A stretch of DNA of 64,000 nucleotides from Chrysemys picta bellii (taxonomy: Eukaryota): the NCBI RefSeq assembly GCF_011386835.1, contig NC_088812.1, forward strand, positions 11,470,001 through 11,534,000, given 5' to 3'. The position numbers and the translations under genes are program-made. Positions 57,755-64,000 of the stretch are shown piece after piece. How positions within the stretch are numbered: the first letter of the stretch is position 1; each line of letters starts with the position of its first letter. Below the pieces are notes generated by a model. The model had not been told where the DNA came from and made no database searches. It saw only the letters and a list, made by a program, of their open reading frames with translations.

Positions 57755-59329
57755 ACAGCCAATGGTGACTCCAGGTGCTCTGCCCACCGAGGACACAAGC
57801 AGCCAAAGGCCGGGGGTGTGGGGGGCGGTGCCGGCGCAGGGGACCCGGATTCTGTTCCTGACGCTGCTGCTGGCTGGCCTCAGACGGGTCACTTAGGGTC
57901 AGACTTTTAAAGGTATTTGGGCAGCGTTTCCATCCCCCCTTTAAACGAGGGATTTCAGCCCTTCCTGCCTTGCGAGCCTGGCAGCGCTGTGGAGCCCGGA
58001 GCACCTGCATTCTGGGTCTGTCCAGCACCTCGTGCCCCAGGCTCCTCCCCACCGGGCCCTAGCAGAGGCTCTCGGTACAGCTGTGATACTGTCCATCAGG
58101 CAGTGGGACCTCTCTGGAGTCCCGCAGCTGGCTGGGGTGTGCTGGGCACACGCGTGTCTCGCCCCGAGACACGACGGGGTTTGAGGACAGCAGCCAGTGA
58201 AGCATAGGGGGCGCTCAGGAGACGGCGCGTGGGAAGCGGTGACGTTCCAGCGAGCTCACGCCCGGCCTCCTTTGCCTGCTTCAGGGACAAGCGCTAACTA
58301 GCCACAGGCCAGAGCAGCGTTAACTCGATTACCCTCCACCAGCCATGCACCAGGCCGGGGCTGGCACTGCCCCCGAGCCAGCGCGTTCCACGAGGAGCTA
58401 CTCAGCAATGCCATGATTGCGGCTGACGATATATTTAGCCTTGACCTGGCTATAAATTAATTTGTAAACTGCGACTTTAACAAATAAAGCAGCTGCAAGA
58501 CAGAGCGAGGGAGAGGAGTCGGGGAGCCTGCTGCTCTGGGCAGAAGAGGCAAACGAGTGTCCTTTTTCCGTACATGCTGTTCTGGAAAAAAGACCTGCTC
58601 CCCCCTGAGCCAGAAAGGCTGGCATTATAGGGCTCTGCATGGAGATTTGCTCCATCTCACGTAAATCAGGAGCTGCTTGGATCCTCTTGCACCAAAAATG
58701 CACAGGCCTCAAGCTGAAGGAGAATCCCTATGTGCTGGTAACAGTATAGGCCTTATGACACACATCAGGGTAGCCTGACTCCATTCAGACAGTGGTTGCC
58801 AGTTCATTGCACTGTTACCTCCGAAGTGGGCGCTACATCCAATCAACCCCCCTCCCTTCACCTTTCTGGAGGTCCTACAGTTGTGAATTGCTCCCTTGCC
58901 TAACAGCCATGAGCAACCCTTGCAGTGACCTAGAGCAGGGAGACAGTCCGCCCTATCCAGGGCTCGATTTGTACTGAAAGGGGTTCTGGGGCTCAGCCCT
59001 GACCTTGTCGTGCTACTCGGGTCGCTGAGGGGTACCTGGCGGCCCTGCAGGAACTCGCTGGGGCTGGGTCTTGGGTGGCCCCTGGGGAATGACAGAGCCT
59101 GAATCTTGCTGACCTCACCCTGCAGTAAAAATAGCCCCATGTTGGCGGGACGCTGCAAAGCCCTGGCCCGGCTGGGCCATGCTCGAGGAGAGCCAGGTCC
59201 AGGTTTGAAATAGAACAGACCAGCCGGGTGTGAAGGGCGGCTGCAGGGTCGTGCAGGCCAAGACCTGCTTTCTTAGGCCAGTGCAAAATAGGAGGGGCAG
59301 AGGAATGTTTTCTGCATGTAACTAAAATC

Positions 59330-59389
59330 ATGTCTGTCCCCACACATATCCTGTGTCTATCTGTCTGTCCTCGACTCCCCACACAGACC

Positions 59390-59420
<31 letters not shown>

Positions 59421-60417
59421 CCCAACTCCCCACACAGACCCTGTGTCTGTCTGTCTGTCTGTCCGTCCCCGACTCCCGACACAGACCCTGTGTCTGTCTG
59501 TTTGTCTGTCCCCAACTCCCCACACATACCCTGTGTCTATCGGTCCCCACACAGACCCTGTGTCTGTCTGTCTGTCCCTCCCCAACTCACCACACAGACC
59601 CTGTGTTTGTCTGTCTGTCTGTCCTCGACTCCCCACACATACCCTGTGTCTGTCTGTCCTCGACTCCCCACACAGACCCTCTGTCTGTCTGTCTGTCTGT
59701 CCGTCCCCAACTCCCCACACAGACCCTGTGTCTATCTGTCTGTCCTCGACTCCCCACACAGACCCTCTGTCTGTCTGTCTGTCTGTCCGTCCCCAACTCC
59801 CCACACAGACCCTGTGTCTGTCCTCGACTCCCCACACAGACCCTGTGTCTGTCTGTCTGTCCCCGACTCCCGACACATACCCTGTGTCTGTCTGTCTGTC
59901 TGTCCGTCCCCAACTCCCCACACATACCCTGTGTCGTCTGTCTGTCTGTCCTCGACTCCCCACACATACCCTCTGTCTGTCTGTCTGTCCCCGACTCCCG
60001 ACACATACCCTGTGTCTGTCTGTCTGTCTGTCCGTCCCCAACTCCCCACACATACCCTGTGTCGTCTGTCTGTCTGTCCTCGACTCCCCACACATACCCT
60101 GTGTCTGTCCTCGACTCCCCACACATACCCTGTGTCGTCTGTCTGTCTGTCCCCGACTCCCCACACATACCCTGTGTCTGTCCTCGACTCCCCACACAGA
60201 CCCTGTGTCTGTCTGTCTGTCTGTCCCTGACTCCCCACACATACCCTGTGTCTGTCTGTCTGTCCCTGACTCCCCACACATACCCTGTGTCTGTCCTCGA
60301 CTCCCCACACAGACCCTCTGTCTGTCTGTCCCCGACTCCCGACACATACCCTCTGTCTGTCTGTCTGTCTGTCCATCCGTCCCCAACTCCCCACACAGAC
60401 CCTGTGTCTGTCTGTCT
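59330..60417. repeat. Compound array: ~23-bp core (CTCGACTCCCCACACAGACCCTG) alternating with (TGTC)n tracts
   Basis: Seen directly. Unit length varies with the TGTC count. Confidence 0.93.
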
Positions 60418-63400
60418 TTCTCAGCACTCCCTCGCTCCTCTGTTTCTCCAGGATTCGATTTGTAGGGGAGGGAGTCTGGGAAATCGGCCCTTGTTCCCTC
60501 ACGTGATCTGCCTGCGGGTGAAATATCAGCTCTCCGCGTATGCGTCTGCACACCTGCGCTCACTAGCATTGTGCGTTCTCCTTCCGCTCTCTGCGTTGCA
60601 CCAGGCTAGTCACCATGGGCTGTCCCCAGTCAGTCATGGCTTGTGACTCACCCTGTACTCCCGACGGCAGCCCATGGCCACCGAGGCAGGGCTGGGGCCT
60701 TGGCTTGCAGCCCAGGGTCGGTGGTAGCCAGGGACTGGCTGCGTTTCAAGTGTCCTAACAGAGGCAGGTCATGTTCAAATGAGGCAGTCAGCAGTTCGGT
60801 ATTTTGGTCTATAATCAATCACCGCGCTGCTTCCCCGGGCACCAGGGCTCCAGGCTAGGCCAGGCATGCGTGAGGCCAGGACAGCTGTAGCCCGGGTTGG
60901 TACCTTTGGAAAATACTTTCAGAAGCAAATATGAGCCGCTCTTATCCAGCCCGGCTGCAACCTGCCAAACGTCTCGATACAGCATGAGACGTTTTCCTTC
61001 TGCCTCCTTAAAGCCCCAGGAGCAGAGGAATGACGCTGGCGTCTGTGCTCTGCTGCTCGGTATCTGTATTGTGTCTCCTGGGAGCAGGGCTGCACCGTGC
61101 ACAGGGTAACGATGTACCCGGACAGAGCTCCGCTGCGCAAGGTGCTGCCCAGACCATGCTGAGAGCCGCTAGGCCCCGCAGAGCTCGCGCGCCAAAGGGC
61201 TGGAGAAAAGGACTCAGCCCCATTTCACAAACCCACGGCACACAGGGAGTCTCTGGGAGAGATGGGAAGTGAACTGAGACCTCCAGGGCTTTTGCCCACA
61301 AGTGAAAAAGCTGCCAGACCTTCTCCAGCGTGTGTGACTGTCACCCCCCAGTGGTGGCCGCCCCGGCAGCGCTAACACCGGATGGTGCTAGACAAGGATC
61401 AGGGCCCATTGTACCAACCAGTGACACGAGCAGGACGCTTGGGATGTGGGTAATGGGTTATGCCCAGGGAGCGGGCGTCAGGGGAGCTGCATTCTAGGCC
61501 CAGCGCTGACAACTTCTCTCATTCTGTGACCTTAGCCGACGCTTTTAAAGTCGCCATGTGCCTCGGTATCCCCATCTCTAAAATGGGGCTAATACTGATC
61601 CACTTCACAGGGAGTAATCAGCTACCCACTTGTGACGGGGGCGTCCGAGGTGGGGCGGTAAAAACGCTCACTAGTTTTATCGTGACAGGGAGTGTTGTGC
61701 AAAAATAGCAGATAGGGCAGGCTGGAAAATTGCCCAAGGGAGACGGGCGGGTAAATGCACGAAAGCTGCTAGGGTGGTGATGGGTGCGAGTGAGTCCAGC
61801 TCTCTGCCTTCAGTGAGACACCAGCAAAGCCCTCCCTTGGGGCGAGCAGCCGGCACCTCGGCCCGCTCCCTGGCAGCTCCACGCTGGGGGGCCTGTCCCG
61901 GACTCTCCTCCCGCCCAGCGCAGGGCCTGTCCCCTTCCCAGCCGGGGCAGCGCTCTCTGCAGCGACGGCCCCCGAATTCCTTCCGCCTTGGCAGCACCCC
62001 AGTGAAATCCATCCCCTGGTACTTGTCAAACCCGGGCTCTCCTCACCCCAGGGCTATTTATACAGCCAGCATTCTTCCAGGGGCGCTCAGCAGCGCGCGG
62101 GCCAGGCCCGCCTGGCAGGCCGGATGAAAAAATCCAACAGCCTGTCAGCTTCCAACGCCCAGCCCTGCCCCTGCGCCGCCCCAGGCCTGGGCATAACACC
62201 AGCCCCCTCTGAATGCCTGTAAATGGCTGGGTGAGGTGCAGGGGGAACCAGGCCATAGGGCTGCATGGTCGTCCCAGCTAGGAGATGAGCGCACACCCGG
62301 CCTCCCCATTGGACCCCCCCAACCCCGCCAGCGGCTAACCGCCGGGGCTGCTCTCGTTGGCTTTGAGCTCCCCCGCCTGTCAGGGGCTGGCGGAGCAGGA
62401 CGCCTGGTCAGTGTCAGCGTCCCTGCTGCAGGCGAAGGAGACGGCTCAGCCGCAGTGAACGTAAAGAGGGCCCTGTGTTGCGGCTGCTGCTGGCCACGGC
62501 CAGACCCTGTGGCTCTCTCTAGGTCCCCGGCTCGCTTTGCCATTGCCCTGCGCCTGGCGCCGCTAGCTGGGCCCGTGCAAGGTGGCAGCAACTCACACCC
62601 ACTCCGCACTAGTGTAAATAATCCAAGGGGCGACAGAGCATCAGACTCAGGGGTCCCCTAACGCCTGGCGTGGACTGTGCCGCATTGGAAGGGACAACTG
62701 GCTACACTGCCCCTGCAGGGGCCCCGTCTCCGATCCTACCGGCGCCCCATCCCACGGGGCCCCAGGCTACTCCCCGATCCTACGGGGCCCCAGGCTGCTC
62801 TCTGACCCCTAGGGCGCTGTGTCCACAGCTCGCTCATATATACTCCAGCCAAGTTCTTCCTCTCTGCAACAGCGCCCTCGGCAGCTTGCAGGAGATGCTT
62901 GTGCTATAAGAACCGAACCCTGCAAGCAACCGCCCTTTAAAACTGGCTCCTTCCACTGAATGATCTTAACGCTCTTGAGAAATACCATACTGTCCCGGGG
63001 GGAAACTGAGGCACACAGAGCCGCAAAACGATTTGCCATAGGTCCTACAAGTCCCTGCTCGAGGCAGAAAGAGAATGTGGGTCTCCTGGCTCCAGTTCTC
63101 CCTATGCTAACCAGTGGACCCCACTCCCAGAACTGGGGCTAGGACTGGGCCACGGTTTATCCACAGGCTCAACCTTCCTCCTCAGTGTAAAATATAAAAG
63201 TAAGAAGTAACTCCGATGTAATGACGCAGCAGCAGGGGAGGAAGGGCGAGTCTGGGGCCCCCACCCGTCCACGACGTCCCTTCCCCAGATCACACCCTAA
63301 GACAGAGCTTCCCGGCCGGACGGGAGGGTTCCCATCGGAATGACCTCACTGACGGGCAGCCCAGAGCTCAGCGCTAGGAATAGCCCATTCGGGCATCACG

Positions 63401-64000
63401 TATAAATAGCCCGGCAGGACAGTGATAGCATAAGCCCTTGCCGGTGCTGTTTGCCCAGCACAGCCAGTGAGAGATGACACCCAGTTTGAGGAGGACCAGG
63501 GAGAATATTTGACACGCTACCAGGGCTGTCCCAGCTCAGACGCACAGCGCCTCGGGACCTGCACTGTGCTGGGGGGACAGAATGGACCCAGCAAAGGCCT
63601 CACCCCCGGCAAACTCCTACTGGTTTCAGTAGGACTCTTGTTTGAGTGAGGCCTGCACGATCCGGCCCCAGGTAGAAACTTGATTCCCCCCTCCTCCTAA
63701 GGGCAGCTTTGTAAAACCCTGGTTTGGATGCAAATGTAGGAGTTTGCACCGCAAGTAGGAACCTCTTCTGTAGTGTTTAGGAATAGGACAGTGCCCCGTT
63801 CAATGATTTGTGAACCTGCTAGTGGTGCTCTCCGTGTTGCTGACGTCCCAGAGCAGCAGTGTGTGTGGGGCTGGGTGTGACAGGTTTAGTGAGCCTGGTT
63901 GCTTGGGGTGGACTGTGGCAGTGGGGTTTCTTCACGGCGTTGTTTAAAGAGCAAAAGACAGACCATCTCCCTCTAAAAATTAAGCTGCCCTGTATTTTTC

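Noticed and set aside
59328-60646. Several 250-440-aa ORFs on both strands
   Set aside because: Translations of the TGTC compound array.
61677-62012. 111-aa minus-strand ORF downstream of a TATAAATA motif
   Set aside because: No recognisable domain and low-information composition.

Overview
This is vertebrate genomic DNA, most likely from a turtle, judged by tortoise-type tRNA/CR1-tail SINEs, CR1 with an ATTCTATGATT tail and turtle-type Penelope ends. The only host protein-coding gene I can support is NR4A1 (Nur77/NGFI-B) on the + strand. It has a proximal promoter at about 25.7-26.0 kb (2 MEF2 sites, 4 TGCGTCA CRE/AP-1-like sites, a CArG-like box, TTAAG) and a non-coding exon 1. Six coding exons (33477-40097) have GT-AG junctions and splice into a 1719-nt ORF (572 aa). 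The 3' UTR ends near AATAAA at 41035. A second CpG-island promoter with an exon at 12.3-12.8 kb is probably a distal NR4A1 promoter. The most striking accessory element is a 4.1-kb Gmr1-like Ty3/Gypsy LTR element (53655-57754). It has apparently identical 470-bp LTRs, a 5-bp TSD, a tRNA-Leu PBS, a PPT and an uninterrupted Gag(SCAN)-zinc knuckle-protease-integrase-Zn-finger ORF, but no integrase core, RT or RNase H. Also present are a Penelope-derived 105-bp perfect inverted repeat carrying two minimal hammerhead-ribozyme motifs, five large minisatellites (two traceable to dispersed elements), and CR1, hAT MITE, SINE, LF-SINE, AmnSINE1-like, MIR and L2 fragments. There are no CRISPR, rRNA or true tRNA genes. 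Most ORFs in the six-frame track are artefacts of GC-rich or repetitive sequence. All repeat-family names come from pattern recall, not database searches.
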